Assembly (NCBI GenBank): GCA_050298055.1
Contig: JBNKTL010000063.1
Coordinates: forward strand, 1 to 20,643
DNA: 20,643 bases
Source of the DNA: Spirochaetota bacterium
GTDB taxonomy: Bacteria > Spirochaetota > UBA4802 > UBA5550
Direction: 5' to 3'
Shown here: piece by piece, positions 8,881-18,564 of the stretch
Numbering within the stretch: the first letter of the stretch is position 1
How the letters are laid out: each line of letters begins with the position of its first letter
The notes under the pieces: model-generated
What the model saw: only the letters and a program-made list of their open reading frames with translations
What the model was told of the DNA's origin: nothing
Database searches by the model: none
Program-made: the position numbers and the translations under genes

Positions 8881-10011
8881 ATGAAAGGAAAAAATACCAT
8901 CCTAGTTATTTCAGCCCTCTTCATTACAATAATAATACCGGGGTGCAAACAGATAATCCCCACCGGGAGCGGTACGGACGTATTGCTCTACAAGGCCCGT
9001 AAGAACATCACTATGGCTGAATCCATTGAAGACAGGAAAAGGAGAGAATTTCTCCTGGAGACCGCACTGGACCAGCTCAAACAGGCGGAATCCGGTGAAA
9101 AACAGAGAAAGGAAAAAGCGAAATTTGACGGGATCAATTCAGGGTACGCCCTCTACTATTACGCCATCGGTGATTACAGCCGCGCCGAAGAGTATTCCGC
9201 CCGCGCCCTGAAGGAGAACAGCAGAGACCCCTATAACAGGGTCATGGATTACAGGATAAAACTCAAGACCAAGGGGAAGAAATACGCCCGTGAAGCCGTT
9301 AAGGAACTGTCACAGATTGTGGCGAAAAACCCGGATATGCCCATGGCCGCCATAACCCTGGGCGACGCGTACTACTACCTGGTTGAATATAAGCAGGCGC
9401 GGGAATACTACAGGAGGGTGCTCCTCCTTGGCAGGGAGTTCCAGGTGTCCGCGGCGGACAGGATCGAGATCCTCAATGAAATCGAGAGGATCAAACTGAA
9501 CCCGAAAAAATACCAGAGCCTCATCTTTTCCCGGGGAGTCAAACGGGGAGAAATTGCCAGTCTCCTCTACAGCGTTTTCGGGATACAGAGAATGTTCAGG
9601 ATGAAAAAGGAGCTTCCCGGGGCATTCACGGACCTTACAAGCGTAACCGCTCTTGTTTACGCCGACTCAATAAAAGGACTTCGAAAAAACGGTTTCTTCT
9701 CATATATAACGGGAAAGAACTTTGAACCGCTTAAGGTCGTCAGCCGGGGAGAAATGGCAAAGATCGTTGAAGACTATATTGTCCTCTCAACGGGAAATAT
9801 CGATTTCAGGACCCGGTATGGGAAAAGTTCCGCCTCGCCCATAAAAGACGTGAAAAGTTCCCATGTTTATTACAACGCCATAAGAATCGCGCTGCAGTAC
9901 GGTATCATGAACCTCACCCTGAGCGGATTGATGCAGCCTGAAGATCCCATGGAAGGACTGAACACTCTGCTCATCATCAAAAGGATGACAGGAAGAAAAT
10001 CTTACCGGTAA
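8881..10011 (+). CDS. putative lipoprotein with TPR repeats and C-terminal SLH-like (S-layer homology) repeats
   Basis: Signal MKGKNTILVISALFITIIIPG-C (lipobox-like). TPRs such as 'LGDAYYYLVEYKQAREYYRRVL'. SLH-like 'VKRGEIASLL', 'FEPLKVVSRGEMAKIV', 'DVKSSHVYYNAI..A...GIM'. Confidence 0.7.
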   Translation: MKGKNTILVISALFITIIIPGCKQIIPTGSGTDVLLYKARKNITMAESIEDRKRREFLLETALDQLKQAESGEKQRKEKAKFDGINSGYALYYYAIGDYSRAEEYSARALKENSRDPYNRVMDYRIKLKTKGKKYAREAVKELSQIVAKNPDMPMAAITLGDAYYYLVEYKQAREYYRRVLLLGREFQVSAADRIEILNEIERIKLNPKKYQSLIFSRGVKRGEIASLLYSVFGIQRMFRMKKELPGAFTDLTSVTALVYADSIKGLRKNGFFSYITGKNFEPLKVVSRGEMAKIVEDYIVLSTGNIDFRTRYGKSSASPIKDVKSSHVYYNAIRIALQYGIMNLTLSGLMQPEDPMEGLNTLLIIKRMTGRKSYR

Positions 10012-10029
10012 AAGGATACAGGAGCATAT

Positions 10030-13000
10030 ATGAAACAGTCAGGAAAAAAAATCGTTACGGCAATTATAACATTCGCGTTTATACTGCCCTTTTATTTCTC
10101 TTCGGGGCAGGAGACAGGGAAGAGAAAAACCGAAAAAAAGACGGGTCCCGCGTCACAGGGGAAAAAAATTCCCTACAAAAACTATATCTGGATAGAGGGT
10201 GAAGACGCCGTAAGCACGAACTTCGCAAAAGAAAAGACATATAACTTTTTCTGCAGCAACAGGTACGCGCTCCAGCTCTCCAAAGACGCGGACCCGAAGT
10301 CAGACAAGGGTTACTTTGCCAGCTATATTTTTCACGTCCCCCGGTCAAAATCCTACGACTTCTGGATGGGATGTTCACCTCCCGGTTCAACCAGGACAGA
10401 CCGGCCGGGCTATGCCTCGCCCATTGAATGGAAAATCGACGACGGAAAGTTCAAGACCGCTTCATCTGAAAACACCTTCGTCAAGGAGTACTATGCTCCC
10501 GGAGGGTTCTACTGGGTAAAGGTATCAACCGGGAAACTGGGAACGGGGAAGCATACCCTCACCTTCAGGGTAAAACAGAAGAGAACAAGCGGCTGGGACT
10601 ACTACTTCTATATCGACGCCATACTTTTTCTTCCCACATACTCCGGGGAGCTGATTTCCCTCATGAAATTTCCCGGGACCGCGCCGGGAAACTTCACCAC
10701 CGGGGGAAAGGGGATCAGGTTCAGGAAGGCCGAAGAGTACAGGAAACTGATCAAGAGGGACATTAATTACAGGGAAAATATCTTTAACCTTCTGCAGGTC
10801 TACGGATGGCTTTACGAAAACAACAAGGCGGTGGACCAGTGCCGGGAATACCTCAAGGGGAATCCCCGGGACATCGAGATAAGAATACTCCTTGCAAGCA
10901 ACCTTGCCTGGGGAGGAAGACTGGATGAAGCCATAAAGGAATATAAAACAATCGTATCAATCGATAAGAAGAACATAACCGCCCGGAAGCTCATGGCTGT
11001 TCTCGCGGGATGGAACAACAGGTACGATGAAGCAATAAAGAACTATGAGGAGATTATAAGAATCGATCCCCTTAATGTTGACGCGTACATCTCACTTGCG
11101 ACCCAGCTCTCCTGGAAGGGTGAGGTCAACAGGGCAATAGCGGTCTTTCAGAAGGCGGAAACAATTGCCCCGGACAATATCGAAGTGCTCTATGCCCTGG
11201 GTGATAACTACAACTGGGGCGGAAAAACATATGACGCCATACGGCAGTTTAAAAAGATCATCTCTCTTGATGAAAAGGAGATAAATGCCTATAAGAAACT
11301 GGCGCAGATCTATCTGGACGCGGGACAGGCAAAAAACGCCAATGACATAATGGAAGAGGCCGTACAGATCAGGAGGATATACCCGGAACTCTCCGCTTTT
11401 TCACTGGACTTAAAGGGAGAACAGGAGAAACAGAAAAAGGCCGCCATCAATGAATATCTGAGAGCCCTGGAGAAGGACCCTGAAGACCTGGAGGCCAGGA
11501 AGAACCTCATTGATAACTACCGCTGGAACAGGATCTACACGAAAGCCATTGAGGAATTCACCAATCTCCTCAACATAAAAATACTGAAAAACATCGATTC
11601 AACGGGAGGAAAAATCGGCACACTTGAAATAGAGACCCTCAAACTCAGTCTCATGAAACCGCTGGTAGAATCACTGAACAGGGAGATAAAATCACTTAAC
11701 AACAGGTATGCTGATATTCCGGAAAACATAAAAAAAGGGAAAGCCCTGTCGGGCGATTTCACCACAGCTGTAATTGATTCTGATTACAGAAAGATACGCA
11801 GTATTGCGGCCAGGACCGACCTGGTCGAAAAGACCCTCACCGCGTACAGTGATGTCCTGAGCTACTATAACAGGGACATCCAGGGGTACCTGACGCAGAA
11901 AAACGCGTTGAAATGGGAGATTGACAGGGAACGGCTTCTGGAACAGGCCAGAAACTCGGAAAAGAACATGAAAGGTGATTTTCGGCCAAAAAAGGTAATC
12001 GGAATGCTTGAGCTTTTTTACGGAAGCAGTTCGGGGGCCGCTTCATCCCTGGGAACAGTCTACGGGAAAGATCCTATGAGGGCCTTCCCCCAGTATCCCC
12101 TCTCCCTGGTCTATTCGGAAAAATACGGTGAAGCAGAACTTCTCATTAACAAAATGATACAGAGCAATAAACTTAAAAAGACAACCCGGGACAGGCTCAG
12201 GACCATAGTGACACTTCTCGCAAACCTGAGGAAAGAGAAGGGAGGGACCCCTCCCCCGTCAGGGGACAGAAACAAAACAGCACTGGGAACGGCCCGGCTC
12301 TCCATCGAAACCGCGAAAAGACTGGATGAGCTTTCAGAGGAACAGGGAGAAAAATTGAAATCGGGGAAAAAATCGATCAGGTACCTCTATGAAAAAGGGG
12401 TCCTTGAGCAGGAGAATGATAATGTTCCGGTCTATAAGGAGATCGGAGAGTTCTATCTCAATACAAACAGGATATTCCCTGCCCTGGATTACTATGATAA
12501 TATTCTGCAGGTTCAGCCCCTGAATGTTGACATAAACTTTAAGATAGGAAACCTCAGGGGGGTATCGGGATACTGGAAAACAGCCATGGGCAACTTCGAG
12601 ATCTGCATCAACAACCAGGTCGACAACGCCCTGGCAAGGAAAGAGCACTATGAGCTGCAGAAAGAGTATTCGCCCTCCCTGGAGAGTATAACCAGGTACT
12701 ACAGCGAATCTGCCGTTACCCGGATATCCGAGAACCTGAACGGGGTCTATCCCCTCACCGACTGGTTTACCCTCAAGGGGGGATACGGGCTTGTGCGGAT
12801 CGATGAACAGGGGGGCCAGTCACAGTCAGGGCAGACCTACCCGGGAATAAAAACCGGGGCCGTCATGCACCACCTGGGAAAAGTCGAAACTGAGTTCAGG
12901 ATTATCCCCCTCTCAACAACTGTCTTTCTCAGCGGAACAGGTAACTACTATACGGGTGAAGTTGATTTTGAGCAGTATGACACCTACGATTCAAAGATCA

Positions 13001-15042
13001 GCTACTCCACATTTAACTACGGTGGGGGGATAAAGCTCTCTCCCCTCTTTAAAATAATGTCACTGCGGGCCGAGTACCAGCGTGAAGATATATCAGACCT
13101 GACGCAATCGTTGAGGCTCACAAGACGGGACGAAATAACCTCAAATACCATAAGCGCATCAATGGATATATCCCCCGGTGAACTGGACTTTCCCCTGAGT
13201 GACAGGTTTTTCCTCTTTGACAGCATCAGGTACAGGATGCTCTCCGATTCAAACACACGGGTATCCAGCTACAACGAACTGACCTACAGGCTGCTCCGGT
13301 TCACCGAATCCGACATGAAACTCGATCTCTCGGGGGTCTACTCCTATGAATCAAGCGGATTCACCGAATATGACACGAGCCTTGTAACGGATATGCCCTA
13401 CGTCCCTTACTGGGTCCCCGAGAGCCTCGCCACATACGGGGGAGGGATCCGATGGCTCCATACAATTGAAAATATCATGAAAGGAAAATTCCAGTATATC
13501 CTCGCATTCCAGTATACCCTTGACACCGAGGGAAATACAAATATGAATCCCGGCATAAAACTGAATTACAGAGGCGATCATGTATCGGCAAGTCTCTCGT
13601 ATCTCTATTCATACTCAAAAATTGATCCGACCACGGCAAACCCGGACCCGGACCCCTTCATCTCACATGATATCACCTTCGGCATAAAGGGAAAGTTCTT
13701 TACGGTCTATACCCCAACGGGAAGGGGTGAAGAACCTATCAACATTATCAGCGCAAACCCGAAGTTTATAACAGCCGATAACGACGGGAAAGACGACTTC
13801 ACCACCATAACGATGACCGCCTTCGATGAAACAGGTATCAACAGCTGGCGCCTGGATATCACAGATACAAAGGGGAAAACCGTAAACACAATTGCCCGCA
13901 AAGGCGCGCCCCCGGCAACACTGAAGTGGGACGGCACAGACAAGACCAATATCCTCCTCCCCGCAGGAGACTATCTCTGCAGGCTGACAATAGTAAACAG
14001 CGCCGGTAAAAAGGACATTTCAAAGAGCGAGAGGATATTCCTCTCCCGGAAGAAAAGAGCGGTCACCCTTGAAAAATCGTACACGGAATTCTCACCCAAC
14101 AAAGACGGCATCAGGGACACCATCAGCTTTGGAATAAACGCCTCCGACAAGGACGCCGTTGAAAGCTGGAAACTGAGTTTAAAAGACGCAAAGAGAAAAC
14201 AGGGAAGGCCCCTCAGGGAGATCACGGGCTTTGAATTCCTGCCCTATGATGTGCAGTGGGACGGGAAAAACAGCAGGGGTGAATTCCCCGGGGACGGGAC
14301 GTACACTGCCTCAATTAGCATCAGGTACAAGGACAGGAAATCAATACAGTCACCGGCAGTTGAAGTGGTAATCACCACGGGAATAACCGTGGGGATAAAG
14401 GCAAACAGGCTTTCCTTTACACCGGAGAAAAACAGCATTGTTATCACGCCGCGATCTTCCAAAGCTGAGGTGGAATCGTGGAAACTGATGATCCATTCAA
14501 CGGACAAACGGCTCGTTAAGCTCATGAGCGGCAGCGGGAAAATACCCGGTAAAATAGGATGGAACGGCACCGATGACAAAAACAGGGCCATCGGTTACAA
14601 CATGCCCCTCCTTATCTCCATGGAAGTTGCAGACAGGGCGGGAAACAGGGGCAAATCCGACAGCCGGGAAGTATGGGCCGATTTTCTGATAACCCGGACC
14701 GGGGGTAAAACAAAGATCATCCTCTTTGACCAGGAAATGCTGCACAAAACAAAGAGCGCTTCGTTCAAGGCAGAAGCGGAAAAAATTATCCGGCAGCTTG
14801 TAACAGCAATTAAAAAGCAGGGACGAATAAGAGAACTGCATATTATATCACATACAAACTCCGATGGTTCCGAAAAGAACAACCTTGCCCTGTCTCAAAA
14901 AAGGGCGGTAAACCTCGGGGAGAGGCTGAAAAGCCAATTTGCAGGTGTTTCAATTAAAACCACCGGGATGGGCGAATCGGCCCCCTATAAAAAGGGAGAT
15001 TCCAACAAGTGGGATATACGCTATGAAATCGAAATCAACTAA
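10030..15042 (+). CDS. large secreted TPR + putative beta-barrel + FlgD-Ig-like repeats + OmpA-like protein; candidate PelB/PgaA-like export porin
   Basis: Signal peptide, N-terminal beta-rich domain, many TPRs ('LASNLAWGGRLDEAIKEY'), Tyr/Gly/Ser-rich alternating strands at about aa 880-1225, repeated 'SW.L.I...WDG' modules with 'FSPNKDGIRD', and a C-terminal 'HTNSDGSEKNNLALSQKRA...GMGESAP' OmpA-like motif. Confidence 0.7.
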   Translation: MKQSGKKIVTAIITFAFILPFYFSSGQETGKRKTEKKTGPASQGKKIPYKNYIWIEGEDAVSTNFAKEKTYNFFCSNRYALQLSKDADPKSDKGYFASYIFHVPRSKSYDFWMGCSPPGSTRTDRPGYASPIEWKIDDGKFKTASSENTFVKEYYAPGGFYWVKVSTGKLGTGKHTLTFRVKQKRTSGWDYYFYIDAILFLPTYSGELISLMKFPGTAPGNFTTGGKGIRFRKAEEYRKLIKRDINYRENIFNLLQVYGWLYENNKAVDQCREYLKGNPRDIEIRILLASNLAWGGRLDEAIKEYKTIVSIDKKNITARKLMAVLAGWNNRYDEAIKNYEEIIRIDPLNVDAYISLATQLSWKGEVNRAIAVFQKAETIAPDNIEVLYALGDNYNWGGKTYDAIRQFKKIISLDEKEINAYKKLAQIYLDAGQAKNANDIMEEAVQIRRIYPELSAFSLDLKGEQEKQKKAAINEYLRALEKDPEDLEARKNLIDNYRWNRIYTKAIEEFTNLLNIKILKNIDSTGGKIGTLEIETLKLSLMKPLVESLNREIKSLNNRYADIPENIKKGKALSGDFTTAVIDSDYRKIRSIAARTDLVEKTLTAYSDVLSYYNRDIQGYLTQKNALKWEIDRERLLEQARNSEKNMKGDFRPKKVIGMLELFYGSSSGAASSLGTVYGKDPMRAFPQYPLSLVYSEKYGEAELLINKMIQSNKLKKTTRDRLRTIVTLLANLRKEKGGTPPPSGDRNKTALGTARLSIETAKRLDELSEEQGEKLKSGKKSIRYLYEKGVLEQENDNVPVYKEIGEFYLNTNRIFPALDYYDNILQVQPLNVDINFKIGNLRGVSGYWKTAMGNFEICINNQVDNALARKEHYELQKEYSPSLESITRYYSESAVTRISENLNGVYPLTDWFTLKGGYGLVRIDEQGGQSQSGQTYPGIKTGAVMHHLGKVETEFRIIPLSTTVFLSGTGNYYTGEVDFEQYDTYDSKISYSTFNYGGGIKLSPLFKIMSLRAEYQREDISDLTQSLRLTRRDEITSNTISASMDISPGELDFPLSDRFFLFDSIRYRMLSDSNTRVSSYNELTYRLLRFTESDMKLDLSGVYSYESSGFTEYDTSLVTDMPYVPYWVPESLATYGGGIRWLHTIENIMKGKFQYILAFQYTLDTEGNTNMNPGIKLNYRGDHVSASLSYLYSYSKIDPTTANPDPDPFISHDITFGIKGKFFTVYTPTGRGEEPINIISANPKFITADNDGKDDFTTITMTAFDETGINSWRLDITDTKGKTVNTIARKGAPPATLKWDGTDKTNILLPAGDYLCRLTIVNSAGKKDISKSERIFLSRKKRAVTLEKSYTEFSPNKDGIRDTISFGINASDKDAVESWKLSLKDAKRKQGRPLREITGFEFLPYDVQWDGKNSRGEFPGDGTYTASISIRYKDRKSIQSPAVEVVITTGITVGIKANRLSFTPEKNSIVITPRSSKAEVESWKLMIHSTDKRLVKLMSGSGKIPGKIGWNGTDDKNRAIGYNMPLLISMEVADRAGNRGKSDSREVWADFLITRTGGKTKIILFDQEMLHKTKSASFKAEAEKIIRQLVTAIKKQGRIRELHIISHTNSDGSEKNNLALSQKRAVNLGERLKSQFAGVSIKTTGMGESAPYKKGDSNKWDIRYEIEIN

Positions 15043-17587
15043 AAAAGAGACCTGCGGGAAAACAGCATTAGTTCTTTTTGCGTTTTTCCTCTTTCAGCCG
15101 GCGCTGTTCAGCGCGCCGCAATACGGGAAAACAATTCTCGGGATATACCGGTCATCGGACGGCTATAAAACCGCTGACAACCCCATTGCATGGTATTTTA
15201 AGAACACAATTGATAAAACAGGCTTAAAAATAACATATCACGATTTTGACAGCGGGATACCGGACAGAGACTCCCTGGGAGATGTCCGCGCCATAATAAC
15301 CTGGCATAACAGCGGTGTGGTTCAAAGCAAAGAGAAGGCAAAAGAATATATAAAATTCCTGGATGACGCGGTGACATCCGGGATAAAACTTGTTATCATA
15401 AATTCCTTCGGGGCCTACGGATACAGAGAAGACGGAAAGGAGAAGTGGGACCTCAACGCTTATTACGCCCCCCTTTTCCGGAAAATGGGATTCCGGTTCG
15501 CGGGATACTGGACTAATGACCCCGGTAAACTTAAGATCATCAAGCTGGACAAATCCGTGGCCCAGTTTAAAGGGAAACAGGATGTGAGGAGAGCGCGGCA
15601 CTACCAGCAGATCATCCCCGTGAGAAAAGATGTGAGGTCTTACCTGGTGGTAAAAAGGACCGACGGGGCCAAAGGTCTCGGGGACGGGCTCTCATCCCTG
15701 ATACTCACATCGAAGAACGGCGGTTTTGCCCTTGAACAGTATGTTATCAGCAAAAACACCTTTATGCTCAATCCCGAAAAGTTTCTCCGGAACTCGCTCT
15801 TTTACGATGACGGGTACCAGGACGTGGGAGTCATCATGGGAAAAACAAAAAAAAGGGCTTTTATCGAGAACAACCTGAAATACGCGTTCAGGTACGCGAA
15901 GATTAAATACAGGAATGTCGATGTTGATGCGCTGAAGGGGATGGTGGGTGAAGACCTCAAACCCTTTGAAGCCATTGTCATTGTTGCCGACAACCTGGAC
16001 AATATCCCCCTCAGGATCATTAAGGACTATACTGAAAACGGCGGGAATGTCATATTTCTTAAGTTCGCTGATATGAGTAACGACTATAAGAAGTTCCTGG
16101 GCATAAAATCCTATGGCGGCAGTATCGATTACTTCACCGGGGGTTTCTCCCTGGATAAGGATTTTTTCTTCAACGCTTACCCGGTGACCTGTAAGGCAAT
16201 GGACCTCAATGTAAGAAGGGCTGACCTCAGGGACGCGAAGGTTATCGGGACCCTATTAGACAGGAGGAAAAAGAACTCCTACCCCGTCCTCTGGGAACGG
16301 AGAGCGGGAAAGGGGAAGGTCCTCTACTGGAACACCGATATGCTCACCAGCAGCAAGAGTTTCCGCGGGACCGAAGTCCAGAGTATCCACTATATCTCCT
16401 CAAACTTTGTCACCGGGCTTGCCAATATTGCCATGATGATGGTAGATGATTTTCCCGCCCCCTGGTGGAACATCTACTACAAACAGTACAGGATAGATTA
16501 CTATACTAAAAAAATGAACAGCGCAAACACAGCAGAGGAGAGAGAAAAATACAGCGCGTTTATCAAAAACCTGAAAAGATACAAAAAAGTCTCCGATACG
16601 AATTTTATTAAAGATGTCTGGGTCAGGGACCTGCTGGCCCTGCAGAAGAAGCTGGGCTTTAAATATACCACCTACCTTATCTTTAACTATAATAAGGACA
16701 CGGGATATAAAAACAGCAGCTATAACTACGAGATAAAGGACTTCTACCTGGCCAGGGGAGGGATGACCGTAAAGATGGGAGAACTTGCCCTGGAAAAGGG
16801 CTGGGAACTGGGGTTCCACGGATTTAACCATATGTCTCTCACCCTGACCCGGCCAAAAGACTACGACTCAACCCCCTGGCCGGACAAAGAGTCAATGCTC
16901 AAGGCCCTGAACAGGTCGAGAAGGGAGTGGGAGAAGATCTATACCCCGGTCATGCTCCCCTTTTCCTATGTTGCTCCCCACAATATTATCGATAAAACAG
17001 GGACAGAGGCCCTGGGTGAAGCATTTCCCTCAATCCAGGTCCTCTCAACACTCTACGTGAGCTCCCAGGGTGAGAGGGAGCAGGAATTTGAGTTTACAGA
17101 GGACAGGAGGTTCCTGCAGATCCCCCGGATGTCATCGGGATACGCAATGCAAGATACCGACAGCTACCTCCTCTTCGACGTACTCCACAACTTCGGGGTG
17201 ATCAGCCACTTTATCCACCCCGACGACGTTTTTGACGAGCACCGTTCATTCGGATACCACGGCTGGGACTGGATGAAGAAACAGTTCAGCAACCAGTTTA
17301 TGACAATTGAAAAGTACTACCCCTGGGTCCGCTGGATGACCGTAAAGGACGCCTACTCCGAATTTCTCTTTTATAACAATACCGGGATGAACGTCATAAG
17401 AGACGGGGATAAAATAACCGTTTTGACATCGGACGGCTCCAGCCGTGACTTCTTCTTTAGAATGAGCCTCGCCCGGGGAAGAAAACCGGGAAAGATAACA
17501 GGTTGTAAACTGGTCAGTTTCAACAGGAAGAGCGGGGACGCTGTTTTCAAGACCAGCAGCTACCGGTGTGAGATCGAGGTGCGGTAA
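15023..17587 (+). CDS. PelA-type/DUF2194 polysaccharide deacetylase (CE4-like), secreted
   Basis: Start moved to ATG 15023 (signal-like MKSKSTKK...ALVLFAFFLFQPALFS-A). Motifs 'MVDDFPAP', 'ELGFHGFNH', 'YVAPHN', 'PRMSSGY', 'ISHFIHPDD'. Pel context. Confidence 0.75.
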   Translation: MKSKSTKKETCGKTALVLFAFFLFQPALFSAPQYGKTILGIYRSSDGYKTADNPIAWYFKNTIDKTGLKITYHDFDSGIPDRDSLGDVRAIITWHNSGVVQSKEKAKEYIKFLDDAVTSGIKLVIINSFGAYGYREDGKEKWDLNAYYAPLFRKMGFRFAGYWTNDPGKLKIIKLDKSVAQFKGKQDVRRARHYQQIIPVRKDVRSYLVVKRTDGAKGLGDGLSSLILTSKNGGFALEQYVISKNTFMLNPEKFLRNSLFYDDGYQDVGVIMGKTKKRAFIENNLKYAFRYAKIKYRNVDVDALKGMVGEDLKPFEAIVIVADNLDNIPLRIIKDYTENGGNVIFLKFADMSNDYKKFLGIKSYGGSIDYFTGGFSLDKDFFFNAYPVTCKAMDLNVRRADLRDAKVIGTLLDRRKKNSYPVLWERRAGKGKVLYWNTDMLTSSKSFRGTEVQSIHYISSNFVTGLANIAMMMVDDFPAPWWNIYYKQYRIDYYTKKMNSANTAEEREKYSAFIKNLKRYKKVSDTNFIKDVWVRDLLALQKKLGFKYTTYLIFNYNKDTGYKNSSYNYEIKDFYLARGGMTVKMGELALEKGWELGFHGFNHMSLTLTRPKDYDSTPWPDKESMLKALNRSRREWEKIYTPVMLPFSYVAPHNIIDKTGTEALGEAFPSIQVLSTLYVSSQGEREQEFEFTEDRRFLQIPRMSSGYAMQDTDSYLLFDVLHNFGVISHFIHPDDVFDEHRSFGYHGWDWMKKQFSNQFMTIEKYYPWVRWMTVKDAYSEFLFYNNTGMNVIRDGDKITVLTSDGSSRDFFFRMSLARGRKPGKITGCKLVSFNRKSGDAVFKTSSYRCEIEVR

Positions 17588-17588
17588 G

Positions 17589-17620
17589 AAAAAGAGACCC
17601 GGGGCCAGGGGCCTCTTTTT
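17589..17620 (+). terminator. intrinsic (possibly bidirectional) terminator
   Basis: AAAAAGAGACCC-N8-GGGCCTCTTTTT immediately after the deacetylase stop codon. Confidence 0.6.
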
Positions 17621-17655
17621 GACCATTCGTACATTCAAAACTCCATTCTTTTTTC

Positions 17656-17704
17656 TTGACTCCATATGAAACCAGCATTATCATGACCATATAAATATGA
17701 CCAT
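17656..17704 (+). promoter_or_regulatory. toxin-antitoxin promoter with two ATGACCAT operator-like boxes
   Basis: TTGACT (17656-61), 17 bp, TATCAT (17679-84). Near-palindromic ATGACCAT at 17683-90 and 17697-704. Confidence 0.65.
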
Positions 17705-17719
17705 TTTGAGGTGATAACT

Positions 17720-17947
17720 ATGCAGATGTCAGCGGCAGAATTTAAAGCAAAGTGTTTAAAGATAATGGACCGGGTCAATATCTATCATGAAGAAGTCGTT
17801 ATTACCAAACATGGGAAACCTGTTGCTAAATTAATACCTTATTCATTAAAACCGGGAAAATCATTATTCGGGTACATGAAAGATTCTGTTCATATTAATG
17901 ATGATATCATAAAACCGATTGATGAAAACTGGGAAGCCGAGAAATAA
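17720..17947 (+). CDS. Phd/YefM-family antitoxin
   Basis: 'SAAEFKAKCLKIMDRV....EEVVITKHGKPVAKLIP'. ATG 17720 follows a GAGGTG RBS (the ORF track uses GTG 17711). Confidence 0.9.
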   Translation: MQMSAAEFKAKCLKIMDRVNIYHEEVVITKHGKPVAKLIPYSLKPGKSLFGYMKDSVHINDDIIKPIDENWEAEK

Positions 17948-17950
17948 AAA

Positions 17951-18373
17951 ATGATCGTACTGGATACACATATATTGATCTGGTTAATCAACGGAGATGA
18001 AAGAATCAGAAAATCGGGCTTTTTGACTCACATTAATAAAGCAATTAAAGATAGTTCAATTGTCATTCCCGCTATTTGCATGTGGGAAATTGCAATGCTT
18101 GCTTCAAAAAAACGCATCTCATTGTCTGAAAACACGTTAGATTGGATAAAGAATGTAACTTCAGCTCCAGGTGTGAGTATTCACCCGCTTTCTCCCGAAA
18201 TTGCCTATGAGAGTACAATATTGCCCGGGGATTTTCATGGTGATCCTGCTGACAGGATGATCATTGCCACTGCGAGAATTCTTAACGCGACATTATTTAC
18301 ATTTGATAAATATATCATCAAATATGGTGAAAATGGGTTCGTGAAGATTAAAAAAACCAGACAAAACAGGTAG
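17951..18373 (+). CDS. vapC: VapC / PIN-domain toxin
   Basis: 'IVLDTHILIW', 'ICMWEIAML', 'FHGDPADRMIIATA', 'TFD' contain the conserved acidic PIN residues. Starts 3 nt after the antitoxin. Confidence 0.9.
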   Translation: MIVLDTHILIWLINGDERIRKSGFLTHINKAIKDSSIVIPAICMWEIAMLASKKRISLSENTLDWIKNVTSAPGVSIHPLSPEIAYESTILPGDFHGDPADRMIIATARILNATLFTFDKYIIKYGENGFVKIKKTRQNR

Positions 18374-18564
18374 TGAAAACGGCAGACGCCTGCCGAAGGG
18401 GTTGTTGCATGACACCCCCCTCAACCTCCCCCGCGTGCTCCCGGAAAGGCTCTATCTGCGGATCGGTAGATCCCCGCAGGCAAGAACCTGTGTACCCGGC
18501 CAGACTTTGATATTTGAACAAAATTCCTCGTTACCGGCCAGGCAGAAATATAACTGCTTAATTA

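Noticed and set aside
14939..15022. TTG start of the deacetylase ORF at 14939
   Set aside because: It overlaps the upstream gene by about 100 nt, whereas ATG 15023 gives a plausible signal peptide.
17711..18373. TA module as an integron cassette
   Set aside because: It lies on the opposite side of the integrase from the array, and no AAC...GTT attC-like site flanks it.
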